A DNA stretch of 64,000 nucleotides from an uncultured Chitinophagaceae bacterium (GCA_964371615.1 CAYJMS010000003.1:212-64211); one strand, 5' to 3'; shown: positions 47,908 to 59,192, numbered from the stretch's first letter. Program-made: numbers and translations. Notes: generated by a model not told the origin, from the letters alone.

Positions 47908-49026
47908 TTATTGCGCCTTTCGTGATTTCACCAATTGTTCCATCACCTCCATCGTTTTTTCGGCACCGATCTGCCAGTCGAATTCCTTCGAACGCTGTAA
48001 TGCGTTTGATGCAAGCCGGTCGCGCAGAGTGCCGTCACGCAGTACCAGGAGAATCTTCTCTGCCAATTTTTCACGGTCGCCATAGTCGTACAACAATCCG
48101 GTCTCGCCGTCGATCACCGCATCGCGCAGTCCCTGCACATTGCTGGAGACTGTCGTCGTGCCGCAGGCATTCGCTTCCGTTGCGGTGAGCCCCCATCCTT
48201 CTTTTGCCGATGTATTCACCGCGACGTGCATCTTGTTCAACCATTCCACCTTCTCCTGTTCGCTTACGAATCCGGTGAATGTGACACTGCCGTTCAACCC
48301 CAGAGCGGCTGTCAATTCCATTAAGCGCGGCTTATCGTCGCCGTCTCCGACGATGACCAATCGGGCATTCGGAATTTCTTTTTTGACGATGACAAACGCT
48401 TCAATAAGATGATCGAACGATTTATATTTTTTCAAGCGGCCGAGTGCACCGATCAGCGGCACCGGTGATTTTTCGATGCCGAGCGGCTGGAATAGTGCGT
48501 GATTGACGCCGTAATGGACGAGATGAGTTCTCTCGTTTGAAAATCCCTTTGCCAGCAATTCCGCGTGTGTGCTGGGGGAATGAACCATGAAATGGATTTT
48601 CCGGTACATCGGCAGCGACGCCAGTTCCGCAATATAGACATACGATGCCATTGGAAAGAGCGTCTCTTTAAAAACGCTCGTTCCGAGAAGATGATGAATT
48701 TCTCCCAACACCGGTTCTTTGACATACGCGGGGGTGTAGAACGGAATCTTATTAACGTCATCCACCACAAGATCGAATTTCTGATTCTTGAACGTGGTGA
48801 AATATTTTTTCATCACCACATAATTAAACAGGAATCTCCCCCCCTCGCGGATGACCGTCACACCGTTCATCTCTTCCGTCGGCTTGGCGCCGTCATAGGA
48901 GGAGCAAAAGAGCGTCACATCATGACCCATGGCCGCGATGCGCGAGTACGTTTCATGCAAATGTACTTCCGCACCGCCGGCCAGCGGATGGGAGAGATCC
49001 TGCCAATTAAAAATGAGAATCTTCAT
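47908..49026 (-). CDS. GT4 glycosyltransferase
   Basis: GGAEVH, GRLKKYK, EGWGLTATEANACG. Confidence 0.92.
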   Translation of the reverse strand: MKILIFNWQDLSHPLAGGAEVHLHETYSRIAAMGHDVTLFCSSYDGAKPTEEMNGVTVIREGGRFLFNYVVMKKYFTTFKNQKFDLVVDDVNKIPFYTPAYVKEPVLGEIHHLLGTSVFKETLFPMASYVYIAELASLPMYRKIHFMVHSPSTHAELLAKGFSNERTHLVHYGVNHALFQPLGIEKSPVPLIGALGRLKKYKSFDHLIEAFVIVKKEIPNARLVIVGDGDDKPRLMELTAALGLNGSVTFTGFVSEQEKVEWLNKMHVAVNTSAKEGWGLTATEANACGTTTVSSNVQGLRDAVIDGETGLLYDYGDREKLAEKILLVLRDGTLRDRLASNALQRSKEFDWQIGAEKTMEVMEQLVKSRKAQ

Positions 49027-49073
49027 TGTTACATTTTTAATTTATCGACGAATAGAAAATCGGCAATATATCT

Positions 49074-49226
49074 TAGAAGAGGTCTCAAAAATGAAAATTT
49101 GTCACCCCGAGCGAAGACGATGGGTGACAATTCATAAAGAATCATGCCTCGACTCCCTGCCCGACAATGTCGTTCAGGCGGGCGCTCGGCATGACAATAA
49201 TGAGGTATTTTTGAGACCGCTTCTTA
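49074..49226. repeat. MITE-like palindromic repeat, copy 3
   Basis: Ends AGAAGAGGTCTCAAAAAT / ATTTTTGAGACCGCTTCT; same core as 24247 and 29123 with a different inner hairpin. Confidence 0.85.
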
Positions 49227-49257
49227 ATAATATCACGTTAATTGGTGTATGCTTAAT

Positions 49258-50121
49258 GTCGGACAGGAATGTCCGACCTACCGTGAAATAATATTCAAAA
49301 CTGTTGTAATTGTATAATGGCTTCGCTCATAGGACAGACATTCTTGTCTGTCAAAATATTTATTAACCGCCGTCGTGAATAATTAAAAAAACACTTTTGT
49401 CGGACAAGAATGTCCGACCTACCGCGATATATATTTAAAACTGTTGTGCTTGGAAGATGGCTTTGCTCGTAGGACAGACATTCCTGTCTGTCATAATTTA
49501 CTTTATCCTTCATCGGTAAAATTTAGATGGGTACTTTCGTCGGACAGGAATGTCCGACCTACTTTACAAATACCTTATTCGTATTATACCACCAACCATG
49601 ATAATGCCATGGATCCTTTGTCAATCCTCGCTTGACCGGATTGTGTAACATGTAAAACAATTTTTCTTTCAATTCAACATCATCACGGATAATTCGGTCA
49701 AATGATTCTGCCTGCCATATACTCCCTTGACTCACACGTATGGTATTAATCTTACGGGCGCTGACTCCTTTGATCCCCCTTAAATTATCAATTAGTGAAT
49801 ATGGTTTTATTGGTTGCAATATCACATGAGCATGATCGTCCATAACGATTACTGCGGTGAGATCATAAAACTTTCCGTGTCCATCAACAATATGATCTCT
49901 TACAATTACTTGTTCATCAACCGACAATTTATCAGTTACCGATCGAAATGTTATAAAATAAGTTACTCCCTCCGCCTCCCAATGAGGTAAATGTCTTTTT
50001 CGAATGTTCAAATTCGTCAAATCCATCGAAAACGGGATAATATTCTTATTTGTCGATATATTTTTTAGGTATTGTGGAAATCTTATAAAAATTAAGCGTC
50101 GGACAAGAATGTCCGACTTAC
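49258..50121. mobile_element. REPtron: RAYT flanked by GTAG REPs
   Basis: REPs at 49258, 49329, 49399, 49469, 49539 and 50098 around a Y1 transposase. Confidence 0.9.
49559..50026 (-). CDS. REP-associated tyrosine transposase (RAYT, Y1 HUH)
   Basis: RHLPHW...YFITF, MDDHAH (HUH), WQAESFDRIIR, YMLHNPVK. Confidence 0.92.
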   Translation of the reverse strand: MDLTNLNIRKRHLPHWEAEGVTYFITFRSVTDKLSVDEQVIVRDHIVDGHGKFYDLTAVIVMDDHAHVILQPIKPYSLIDNLRGIKGVSARKINTIRVSQGSIWQAESFDRIIRDDVELKEKLFYMLHNPVKRGLTKDPWHYHGWWYNTNKVFVK

Positions 50122-50128
50122 CATGAAA

Positions 50129-50899
50129 TTATATTTTTTTTCCGATTACACCCATTGAGAGGGCGGTATAGTACGCAACGGGAGTATCCTTCAAAACATC
50201 CCGCACCGCTTTTCGAATGGAATACAGAGCCGGAATTTTCGGATACAGGGGCAATTTTATGCCGAATTTCAGCAACGCCTCGCGGCTTGCGCGATAGAAC
50301 AGTGACGGATACATCCATTCGCCGTAGATGTGGACGGTCTGCAGTCCGAGACGGTTCATCTCTTTGTTCAATTCGGGAACGGAGAAGGATCTCTCCCATC
50401 CCGCAAACCATTTATTGATGGCGATAAGAAAAGTTTTGATCACGGTATAGATGTGGTACCGTTGCGGAACATCCACGCACAGCAGTCCGCCCGTTTTTAA
50501 TACACGAATATTTTCCCGCAGCAGCGCTTCCGCTTTGGCGTGACGGAAATGTTCGAGCAATCCCTGATGGAAAATGACATCAAACGATTCATCTTTAAAC
50601 GGCAGTTGAAACGTGTCGCCGCCGATGATCGTCACATCCATCTTTTCTTCGGCGGCGATTTTTTTCATGATTTTCAGGGAATTCATCGAATAGTCGAGTT
50701 GATACACTTCCGCGCCGAGTTCGACCAGCGGAAAACTATCGCGCCCGGTTCCCGCGCCGATCTCGAGAATCTTCTTTCCTTTGACATCGATCACCTTCAC
50801 AAGATTCCGTACGACACGGTCGGAATTGGAGTAGACTTCCTTCATCTCTTTTTTTTCTTCCCAGAATGTATCCCAATGTTCGAGGCGTGATTCTTTCAT
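50129..50899 (-). CDS. Class I SAM-dependent methyltransferase
   Basis: LEIGAGTG, LPFKDESFDVI, GLLEHF. Confidence 0.9.
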   Translation of the reverse strand: MKESRLEHWDTFWEEKKEMKEVYSNSDRVVRNLVKVIDVKGKKILEIGAGTGRDSFPLVELGAEVYQLDYSMNSLKIMKKIAAEEKMDVTIIGGDTFQLPFKDESFDVIFHQGLLEHFRHAKAEALLRENIRVLKTGGLLCVDVPQRYHIYTVIKTFLIAINKWFAGWERSFSVPELNKEMNRLGLQTVHIYGEWMYPSLFYRASREALLKFGIKLPLYPKIPALYSIRKAVRDVLKDTPVAYYTALSMGVIGKKI

Positions 50900-51040
50900 A
50901 ATAATCGACAGTTAAATTTAGTGAACGAACGCTCTTCGACGTCCGGAGAGCGGAAGACAAAAAGCCGGATCAAATAAAACGTAAAAAGGATGAAGCGCGG
51001 GCTCCATCCTTTTTCGTTACGCTATTCGACATTTGCCGCA

Positions 51041-53803
51041 TCATTTCTTTGCGATGGTATCCCGTTCCGTCGATTTCTTCAAAGCCATGCGCGCCTGGGT
51101 TTGCGATTTTTGCATCTTCACCCATTCCGGAAGTCCCTGAACGCCGGCATAGGCGGCGCTGATACGATCCAGCACTTCGATCGCCTTATCGTACTCTTCC
51201 CTGTTCTGATACACGGTAAACAGCATATAGTACGGATGATACTGGCTTTGAAACGGCTCAATGACCGGCCGGGAGGTAATCTGCAAAAGTCGGTCGATTA
51301 AATGGCCGGAGACCGTTTTGTATTTCTCCATATCGCCGGCGAAATAGTAGAAATTGGTGAGGTCATATTCCACCCGGAAATCCATCGGCATGACGGAAGT
51401 CGGCAGGATGGACTGCATGGAATCGAGCACCGCTATCGCTTTGTCGTTCTCGCGGGTCGTGTTGAGATAATGCAGCGCAAGGCGCATGAATGCATTGCGG
51501 TAATTCATCACCAGCCGTGTCACATTCTCATCGTAAAACACGGATGTATCCTGCAAACCGCGGTACCGGTATCCTCGTTGGAACGATTTGTTCGGTTCAT
51601 CCGGCTGCATCAGCAGATTTGCCGACAGAATGGCCGGATCGATCACTCCTTCGTCGCTCGGTGCGGCGTACGGAATCATCTTCATCGCCAGTCCGTCCAT
51701 GCGGAAATACCGATCGAGGCCGATCTTCGAATCGGGGCTCGAGGTCACTGCCATATAGATGGGGCGTTCCCAATTATTGGTACGAATAATGTCGTACGCC
51801 ATAATATCCTGCGCACGGATCGCCTTGATATTTCCGAATTGTATGGTATTGGGAAGTATAAATTTTACCTGCCCCGGTTTTGCAGCGGTGTCGCCGGAGA
51901 TTGTCGGCTGTGTGGGACGGTCGCTGCTGAACTTTTCGTATTCCCTCATCACAGTGGCCGGAACGGGAATTGTCATTTCCCGCGGCTCCCACTGCATCGG
52001 CCCAATCTGCGCAATTTCTGCATCGCTGAGGCTGATCGGCACTTTCTTGGCGCCGTGCGGCATTTCGTGCTTCAATTGCATGATATACCAGGTAGTGTTG
52101 ACCAAGCTGAGATTGACGATCCGGATATCCCGGCGCACTCCTTCGACATCCTGCAGATACCAGAGCGGGAATGTATCGTTGTCGCCGTTGGTGAAAAGGA
52201 TCGCATCAGGTTCGCACGATTGCAGCAGGTTATACGAATAATCCCACGCCACATGATCGCCGCTGCGGTCCGACACCTTATAATTGGTGTACAGCATATT
52301 GAACGGAATGAAAACGATCAATACCGACAGCACGCCGTACGAGACAAGTTTTTGCAACTGTCCCGATTTGATTTTTTCGCGCACTGTATCCAGAATGCCG
52401 AGAGCACCGATGCCGATCCATGCCGAAAAAACAAAGAACGCACCGACATAAAAGTAGTCGCGCTCTCTCGGCTGCGGATTCTGCATGTTGAAGTAAAAGA
52501 CCATGATGAAACCCATCAGCAAGAAGAAATTAAAGAAGACCCACCACATCACCCGGTCTTTCTTCCAGTGATAATAGAATCCGAAAAGTCCGACGAGCAG
52601 CGGAATGGCCCAGAGTTGTTTCCAGTTCACTCCCGCTCCCTGCCAGTCGCCTTCGCGTCCGACGTACTGCCAGAGAAAATACCGGAGGAACATTTCGTCC
52701 ATCTGATACCGTGTGAAGTAATCCCAGTCGCTCTTATAGTTCGTATACATACCCTGATGCTGCGGTTCCTGACTCCATCGCCGGGTCATCAGCGGTGCGT
52801 CGCCGTACTGTTCGCGGTTGAGGTAGGAAACGAGTTTCTCCATCGTGCTCGGATCATTTTCGTTCATCGGAGGGCGCGCATTTGCGCGGATGATCACCAT
52901 CGTATAGGTCGAATATCCCATCAGAATCAGCAGGAAGGACATCGATGCCAGATGGAGCATCTCCTTTTTATATTTGATCGAATACCACACGCCGTAGATT
53001 GCCGCGCCGATCGCCACAAGCGGAATCAGCGTCCAGATAATGCTATGTACTTCGTTGCCGCTTCCGAATGAATATTTTCCGTCGAGCAAGCTTGGAAGTA
53101 TCTTGACGATGCCGGGATACACCACGGCAAAAATGGCAATTGCAATGCCGCCGAAAATGAGATAATTCCGGACCGAGAATTCGTAACGACGGAAGAAGAT
53201 GATAATCAGGAACGGAAAGATCACCAACAGCGAGAGCAGGTGAACGCCAAGAGATAACCCGATAAAATATGCGATCAGGAAGACATACTTTTGATGGGCA
53301 GGTGTATCCGCCCGTTCATTCCAGCGAAGGGAGAGCCATGTCACCACGGCAACAAAAAGCATGCTGATGCCGTACACTTCCGCTTCCACCGCGTTGAACC
53401 AGAATGTGGCGCTGAACGTCAGGGAGAACGCGCCGATTGCAGCGGCACCGTACAGCGAAATTTTATTCCACCAGTCATCGGTTCGCGGACGCCAGAGGAT
53501 GATCACCTTCACCAATGCCAGATACAAAAATAATACCGTCAATGCACTCGATAGAGCCGACACAAAATGAACCCGAACTGCCGGATCGGAATAAAACGGC
53601 GCCATAATTATCCCGAAGACGTTTCCCAGCAGCAGGAAGAGAGGGGATCCCGGGGGATGCGGTACTTGCAACAGATAGGAAGCGGCGATGAATTCACCGA
53701 CATCCCAAAAAACAACCGTATCGGCGAGCGTCAGCACATACACGATAAGTGAAACGGCAAAAACGAATCCCGCGACAATTTTATTCAGTTTGGTATGTTC
53801 CAT
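51041..53803 (-). CDS. DUF2723 membrane glycosyltransferase (GT-C, TMEM260-like)
   Basis: FWDVGEFI, HPPGSP, EAEVY, ERDYFY, GDNDTFPLWY. Confidence 0.9.
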   Translation of the reverse strand: MEHTKLNKIVAGFVFAVSLIVYVLTLADTVVFWDVGEFIAASYLLQVPHPPGSPLFLLLGNVFGIIMAPFYSDPAVRVHFVSALSSALTVLFLYLALVKVIILWRPRTDDWWNKISLYGAAAIGAFSLTFSATFWFNAVEAEVYGISMLFVAVVTWLSLRWNERADTPAHQKYVFLIAYFIGLSLGVHLLSLLVIFPFLIIIFFRRYEFSVRNYLIFGGIAIAIFAVVYPGIVKILPSLLDGKYSFGSGNEVHSIIWTLIPLVAIGAAIYGVWYSIKYKKEMLHLASMSFLLILMGYSTYTMVIIRANARPPMNENDPSTMEKLVSYLNREQYGDAPLMTRRWSQEPQHQGMYTNYKSDWDYFTRYQMDEMFLRYFLWQYVGREGDWQGAGVNWKQLWAIPLLVGLFGFYYHWKKDRVMWWVFFNFFLLMGFIMVFYFNMQNPQPRERDYFYVGAFFVFSAWIGIGALGILDTVREKIKSGQLQKLVSYGVLSVLIVFIPFNMLYTNYKVSDRSGDHVAWDYSYNLLQSCEPDAILFTNGDNDTFPLWYLQDVEGVRRDIRIVNLSLVNTTWYIMQLKHEMPHGAKKVPISLSDAEIAQIGPMQWEPREMTIPVPATVMREYEKFSSDRPTQPTISGDTAAKPGQVKFILPNTIQFGNIKAIRAQDIMAYDIIRTNNWERPIYMAVTSSPDSKIGLDRYFRMDGLAMKMIPYAAPSDEGVIDPAILSANLLMQPDEPNKSFQRGYRYRGLQDTSVFYDENVTRLVMNYRNAFMRLALHYLNTTRENDKAIAVLDSMQSILPTSVMPMDFRVEYDLTNFYYFAGDMEKYKTVSGHLIDRLLQITSRPVIEPFQSQYHPYYMLFTVYQNREEYDKAIEVLDRISAAYAGVQGLPEWVKMQKSQTQARMALKKSTERDTIAKK

Positions 53804-53886
53804 TAACAACCTCGTGGTGGATAGATCTGTTATAAAAGTAGATTAATATACTTTGAAAGTGCCGATTTTCAAAAGAAAATCCATGC

Positions 53887-55047
53887 TTATGCGCCCGGGA
53901 ATGCCTCGCCGATCAACTTTCCTGCAATCTCATCACAAATTGCATACCCTTTTGACGTTAATGATATCGCAGAATTTTGACGGTGCAGCAAACCTTCCTG
54001 TTCCATCGTTTTGATCCATTCTTCTGACGATTGCAGCGATTCGGTGCCATATAACCGTAACAGTTTCGCCGTGTCGATCCCCGTACTGCGTAATCCCAGA
54101 AAAATCTCTTCGTGGAAGAATTTCAGTCGATCGATCTCTTCGCTTCCCGTCAGAGGATATACGCCGCGCGAGAGCATATCGCGGTAACTCTGTATGCTGC
54201 GGACATTCCACCATCTCTTGCCTGTTGTTTCAGAATCTTTCCAGAACGAATGCGCCGAAGGGCCGAATCCGATATAGTTCGAATGATTCCAATAATTGAT
54301 GTTATGCCGGCATTCCTGTCCCGGCTGTGCAAAATTCGATACTTCATATTGTGCGTACCCATGCGAGGTAAGCGTGTCGATGGTGATCTCGTACAATTCC
54401 GCATCCTCTTCGGACGGAAGCGGCGCAACCAGTTTGTTTTTTACCATCGTTGCAAGCGGCGTCTCTTCTTCGACGATCAATGCATAAGCGGAAATATGAT
54501 CGGGCTGCAGCGCGATTGCCCGGCGAAGATTTTCCTTCCATCGGCCGGGGGTTTGTTTTGGCAGAGCAAAGATGAGATCGACATTGATATTGTCGAATCC
54601 CGCCCGACGCGCGTTTTTCACCGCCCGTTCCGCCTCTTCGGCAGAATGGATCCGCGTCAAGAATTTCAGGTCGTCGTCGTAGAACGATTGAATGCCGAAA
54701 CTTACGCGGTTAAAACCGACCGAACGAAATTCCCGCAACTTGTTCTGTTCCACTGTACCGGGATTCGATTCGCAGGTGATCTCCGCATTCCGTTCCACGC
54801 GAAAATTTTTGGCGATCAATGAAAATATTTTTTCAAACTGTGCCGACGAAAGAAGCGACGGCGTGCCTCCGCCGAAAAAGATCGTCTCCACCGGTTCGGA
54901 CGAAGAAAACTCCTCCGCACGCCGAACAATCTCGAGTTCCAGCGACACGAGAAATCCCTCCATCGACGTCATATTCTCAATGGAATAGAAATCGCAATAG
55001 ACGCATTTGTGTTCGCAATACGGGATATGGAAGTAGAGGGAAGACAA
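53887..55047 (-). CDS. hemW: Radical SAM heme chaperone HemW
   Basis: LYFHIPYCEHKCVYCDF, GGGTPS, YEVSNF, HNINYW. Confidence 0.9.
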   Translation of the reverse strand: MSSLYFHIPYCEHKCVYCDFYSIENMTSMEGFLVSLELEIVRRAEEFSSSEPVETIFFGGGTPSLLSSAQFEKIFSLIAKNFRVERNAEITCESNPGTVEQNKLREFRSVGFNRVSFGIQSFYDDDLKFLTRIHSAEEAERAVKNARRAGFDNINVDLIFALPKQTPGRWKENLRRAIALQPDHISAYALIVEEETPLATMVKNKLVAPLPSEEDAELYEITIDTLTSHGYAQYEVSNFAQPGQECRHNINYWNHSNYIGFGPSAHSFWKDSETTGKRWWNVRSIQSYRDMLSRGVYPLTGSEEIDRLKFFHEEIFLGLRSTGIDTAKLLRLYGTESLQSSEEWIKTMEQEGLLHRQNSAISLTSKGYAICDEIAGKLIGEAFPGA

Positions 55048-55056
55048 AGTAAGAAA

Positions 55057-55093
55057 TAATGATTAATGCGTAACGCGTAATGATTAATGATTG
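55057..55093. repeat. 7-bp tandem repeat (TAATGAT/TAACGCG)n
   Basis: 5 imperfect units. Confidence 0.65.
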
Positions 55094-55124
55094 ATCAACA
55101 TGGAATGGAAATATATAAAAATTC

Positions 55125-55868
55125 TTACCGGATGAATTTTCCGATTCTGTTCCAGCGAATGCCGTTTTCGTCTTTTGACCAGTAGATTATCGCCGCACGG
55201 CCGACGACATTCTCCACCGGCACGAAACCCCAGTGGCGGCTGTCGTAGCTGTTTCTGGCATTATCCCCGACAACGAAGCAATAGTCTTTTTTAACGGTGT
55301 ATACCGGCGATGCGACACCGTCGATCAATAGAGTGTCGTGCGCAATGTCCACTCGATGTCCCTCCCGCTGGATGAAAACGTTCCACTGCTTGAACGACGA
55401 CAGATCGAGCGGCACCTGCATGCCGAGGTACGGCACTATGGCAGAATACGAAACGGAATCGAATTGTGAAAACGACCGCGCCGTGCGAAATCCGTTCACG
55501 ATCAGATTGGCGTTGGAGATCTCGACCGTGTCCCCCGGGAGCGCCACGCAGCGCTTTACGACATACTGATGCCGCACCGGCAGGATCTCATCCGGTTCAC
55601 CGGGAAATTCGAAGACGATCACGTCGCCGCGAGAGACCGAAGCAATGGCCGGAAGAGAAAATTGCGGCAAAGGAATAAAGAGAAAGTGTGAAGGAGACCG
55701 CGCTCCGTAGATGAGTTTATTGACCAGTAAAAAATCTCCGCCGCGAAGCGTTTCGCTCATCGATTCGGTATGGATCTTATAGGCGTCAACGACACACGAT
55801 TTCAGTCCCGCCGCAAAGAGAATGGTAAAAAACAATACCAGCAGAATATCCCTGATCGAGCGCCGCAT
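55125..55868 (-). CDS. lepB: Signal peptidase I (second copy)
   Basis: TESMSETL, VKRCV, GDNARNSYDSRHWG. Confidence 0.9.
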   Translation of the reverse strand: MRRSIRDILLVLFFTILFAAGLKSCVVDAYKIHTESMSETLRGGDFLLVNKLIYGARSPSHFLFIPLPQFSLPAIASVSRGDVIVFEFPGEPDEILPVRHQYVVKRCVALPGDTVEISNANLIVNGFRTARSFSQFDSVSYSAIVPYLGMQVPLDLSSFKQWNVFIQREGHRVDIAHDTLLIDGVASPVYTVKKDYCFVVGDNARNSYDSRHWGFVPVENVVGRAAIIYWSKDENGIRWNRIGKFIR

Positions 55869-55883
55869 GCCCAAACCCTGCCG

Positions 55884-56888
55884 TTATCCGATCACGTTGC
55901 CGATGCGGCCAAAGCGGATCATTTCGGGATTGAAGACGACCAGGACGATCTTCGATGCGATATCCAGCAGCAGATTGTGTCCGGAGAATGTTGTATAGAT
56001 AAACTCCATCCGCATGCTTTCGCCCGCCATCGCCTTTCGTGCGACGTATTCATCCGTTCCCATCACGGAGAAATACACGAACATCGGCGTGCCGACCACG
56101 TTCTCCCGCGGAATGAATCCCCAGAAGCGGCTGTCGAGAGAGTTGTCGCGGTTGTCTCCCATACCGAACAGATAATCTTTTTCGACGACATAATTCTTTG
56201 CCGGAACGCCGTCGATCAGCACCGTCCCGTCGCTCAGCAGCACCGGCTGGTGGCCGTCGCGGCGGATGAATGTCTCCCATTGGTAGAAATTTTCGGCGGT
56301 AATCTCCATCGTCATTCCCTTTTTCGGGATCACGATAGGCCCGTAATTATCTTCATTGAACGGGGAGCCGGGAGGAAAAATGCGCTCTTCGATGTACATC
56401 GGAGGTTTCGGCGAATAATTGAACTTCATGTTCTTCGGCAGCGGTGCCGCTTCGCCGTTAATGTACACAACCCGATTCCTAATCTCGAGCGTATCGCCCG
56501 ACAGGGCAAGGCATCGTTTGAGATAAAAGGTAAACTCCGCCGGATTGACCTCTTCGCGGTATCCGGGAAATTCGAATACGATCACGTCTCCCCGCTCCAC
56601 ATCCTTGAATCCCGGCAGCATCGTCCACGGCAGGCGGACGTTGGTGAACATGATGTTGCGCGGCGTTGAGGCGCCGTACAGGAACTTGTTCACCATCAGA
56701 AAATCTCCCGTCATCACTTCGTTTTCCATCGATCCGGTGGGTACAAGGAATGATGCAATCACAAAATTGTTCAGCAGCAGGAATCCGCCGAAGACGAGGA
56801 TGAATTCCTTCACCTGATGTTTCAAGCGCTCCTTCAACGGCTTTTGCGCTGCCGGTGTTTCTTCCTTTTTTTCTTCGCTCTTTGCCAT
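55884..56888 (-). CDS. lepB: Signal peptidase I
   Basis: PTGSME, LKRCL, GDNRDNSLDSRFWG. Confidence 0.93.
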   Translation of the reverse strand: MAKSEEKKEETPAAQKPLKERLKHQVKEFILVFGGFLLLNNFVIASFLVPTGSMENEVMTGDFLMVNKFLYGASTPRNIMFTNVRLPWTMLPGFKDVERGDVIVFEFPGYREEVNPAEFTFYLKRCLALSGDTLEIRNRVVYINGEAAPLPKNMKFNYSPKPPMYIEERIFPPGSPFNEDNYGPIVIPKKGMTMEITAENFYQWETFIRRDGHQPVLLSDGTVLIDGVPAKNYVVEKDYLFGMGDNRDNSLDSRFWGFIPRENVVGTPMFVYFSVMGTDEYVARKAMAGESMRMEFIYTTFSGHNLLLDIASKIVLVVFNPEMIRFGRIGNVIG

Positions 56889-56939
56889 AGAATTATTGTC
56901 CGATCAAATGAATAATGGTAGTCTGGTGTGTATTACATT

Positions 56940-57357
56940 GGCCAATCAGGAATGATTGGCTCACAATGCTTTAAATTTCTTCTTCTAATTACAAAATCAG
57001 AAAATATTTTTATTGCTACTTATTATATTTCAAAACTGGCCAAGCAGGAATGCTCGGCCCACAAGGATTTATTTTTCACTTGTCAATCATAAAATCAGCA
57101 AATCACAAAATCATAAAATGGTGTTGTTCAATTTCTTCTTTTATGCTGGCCAATCAAGAATGATCGGCCTACAAAGGCCAATCAAGAATGATTGGCTCAC
57201 AATGCTTTAAATATCTTCTTCCAATTACAAAATCAGAAAATATTTTTATTGCTACTCATTTGTATTTCAAAATTGGCCAAGCAGGAATGCTCGGCCCACA
57301 AGGAATTATTTTTCACTTGTCAACCATAAAATCAGTAAATCACAAAATCATAAAATG
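56940..57357. repeat. ~180-bp direct duplication carrying 5 REP-variant hairpins
   Basis: 56940-57120 ~ 57176-57357; hairpins at 56941, 57039, 57149, 57177, 57276. Confidence 0.88.
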
Positions 57358-57360
57358 TTT

Positions 57361-59166
57361 TTATTCATCTCCCATTTGCAACACAGCTAAAAATGCTTCC
57401 TGAGGAAGTTCAACCCGTCCCACTTGTTTCATTCGCTTCTTTCCCTCTTTCTGCTTCTCGAGCAGTTTGCGCTTTCGGGAGATATCGCCGCCGTAACATT
57501 TTGCCAGCACGTTTTTCCGCATCGCGGAAACGGTGGTGCGTGCAATAACTTTGCTGCCAATCGCTGCCTGGATCGCCACTTCGAACATCTGCCGCGGTAT
57601 CAGTTCCTTCAGTTTTGAACAGAGTTTCTTCCCCATTTCGAACGATTTGTCACGATGGACAATTGTCGACAGCGCATCCACCGGTTCGGCATTCAACAGA
57701 ATGTCGAGTTTCACCAGATCGGATTCGCGGTAATCGAGATATTCATAATCCAGCGACGCATACCCGCGCGTAAGGGATTTCAGCTTATCGTAAAAATCAA
57801 AGATGATCTCCGATAGCGGAAATTCGTACGTCACATCCGCTCGGGTCGGATCCAGATAGCTGGTGTTCTTCCAAATGCCGCGGCGGTCGGTTGCCAGCTT
57901 CATGATGTTGCCGATGTATTCGGTCGGCGTAATGATCTGCGCCTTGATGAACGGTTCCTCGACACGATCGATCTTGGACGGATCGGGCATATCGGCGGGA
58001 TTATCGACTGTCAGCGTTTCGCCGCTGGTGAGAATTATCCGCAGTTCGACGTTCGGCACAGTGGTAATGAGCGATTGATTGAATTCACGCTCGAGCCGCT
58101 CCTGAATAATTTCCATGTGGAGTAAACCTAAAAACCCGCACCGGAAACCGAATCCCAATGCACCGGAGGATTCCGGCACATAGATAAGAGACGAGTCGTT
58201 CAGCGAGAGCTTCTCCAGCGATTCGCGCAGCTCCGCAAAATCATCCGCGTTGGTCGGGTACAATCCGCTGAAGACCATCGGTTTTACTACCTTGTATCCC
58301 GCCAGCGCTTCCGTAGCTCCGTGATACTGTGAGGTGATCGTATCCCCCACTTTCGTATCGCGCACATTCTTCAGACCGGCGATCACATATCCGACATTGC
58401 CGGCGGTCAGTTCTTTGGTCCGGCTCTTATTCATATAGAGCACACCGCATTCTTCCACTTCCGCCATAGTTTTGTTATTGATGAACCTGATTTTATCTTT
58501 CTCCCGCAAAACGCCGTCCACAACCCGCACGTATGCCACGGCGCCGCGATATGCGTCGAACTTTGAATCGAAGATCAACGCGCGGAGCGGTTTTGTCGGA
58601 TCCCCCTTGGGCGCAGGGACCCGGTGCACAATCGCTTCAAGAATATCTTCAATGCCGATTCCCGCTTTTGCGCTTGCGCGGATAATCTCTTCGTCTTTGC
58701 ACCCCAGCAATCCAATCACTTCGTCCCGCACTGTATCCATCATCGTTGCAGCGGAGGGAAGATCGATCTTATTCATGACCGGAATGATCTCCAAACCGGC
58801 CTCGATTGCCATGTACAGGTTGCTGATGGTTTGTGCTTCTACTCCTTGAGACGCATCAACGACCAAAATGGCGCCTTCGCAAGCTGCTAAAGAACGAGAA
58901 ACTTCATAGGTAAAATCGACATGGCCGGGGGTATCGATGAGGTTGAGCGTAAAGGTTTCGCCGCTTTTCGACTTGTACTCCATCTGAATGGCGTGCAATT
59001 TAATGGTAATTCCGCGTTCCTGCTCCAGATCCATATCGTCCAGCACCTGGTTGACGACGAGATCGCGTTGTGTTATGCGGCCGGTAAACTCCAACAGGCG
59101 GTCCGCCAGCGTCGATTTGCCGTGGTCAATATGAGCGATAATGCAGAAATTTCGGATGTCATTCAT
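57361..59166 (-). CDS. lepA: Elongation factor 4
   Basis: [39 protein letters not shown]. Confidence 0.98.
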   Translation of the reverse strand: MNDIRNFCIIAHIDHGKSTLADRLLEFTGRITQRDLVVNQVLDDMDLEQERGITIKLHAIQMEYKSKSGETFTLNLIDTPGHVDFTYEVSRSLAACEGAILVVDASQGVEAQTISNLYMAIEAGLEIIPVMNKIDLPSAATMMDTVRDEVIGLLGCKDEEIIRASAKAGIGIEDILEAIVHRVPAPKGDPTKPLRALIFDSKFDAYRGAVAYVRVVDGVLREKDKIRFINNKTMAEVEECGVLYMNKSRTKELTAGNVGYVIAGLKNVRDTKVGDTITSQYHGATEALAGYKVVKPMVFSGLYPTNADDFAELRESLEKLSLNDSSLIYVPESSGALGFGFRCGFLGLLHMEIIQERLEREFNQSLITTVPNVELRIILTSGETLTVDNPADMPDPSKIDRVEEPFIKAQIITPTEYIGNIMKLATDRRGIWKNTSYLDPTRADVTYEFPLSEIIFDFYDKLKSLTRGYASLDYEYLDYRESDLVKLDILLNAEPVDALSTIVHRDKSFEMGKKLCSKLKELIPRQMFEVAIQAAIGSKVIARTTVSAMRKNVLAKCYGGDISRKRKLLEKQKEGKKRMKQVGRVELPQEAFLAVLQMGDE

Positions 59167-59192
59167 TTTTTAAGGGCAGTCAGTTGCATGCA

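Noticed and set aside
56940-57357. CRISPR array or small ORFs 57013-57210/57188-57403
   Set aside because: Spacers are duplicated and uneven; ORFs are translations of the repeat
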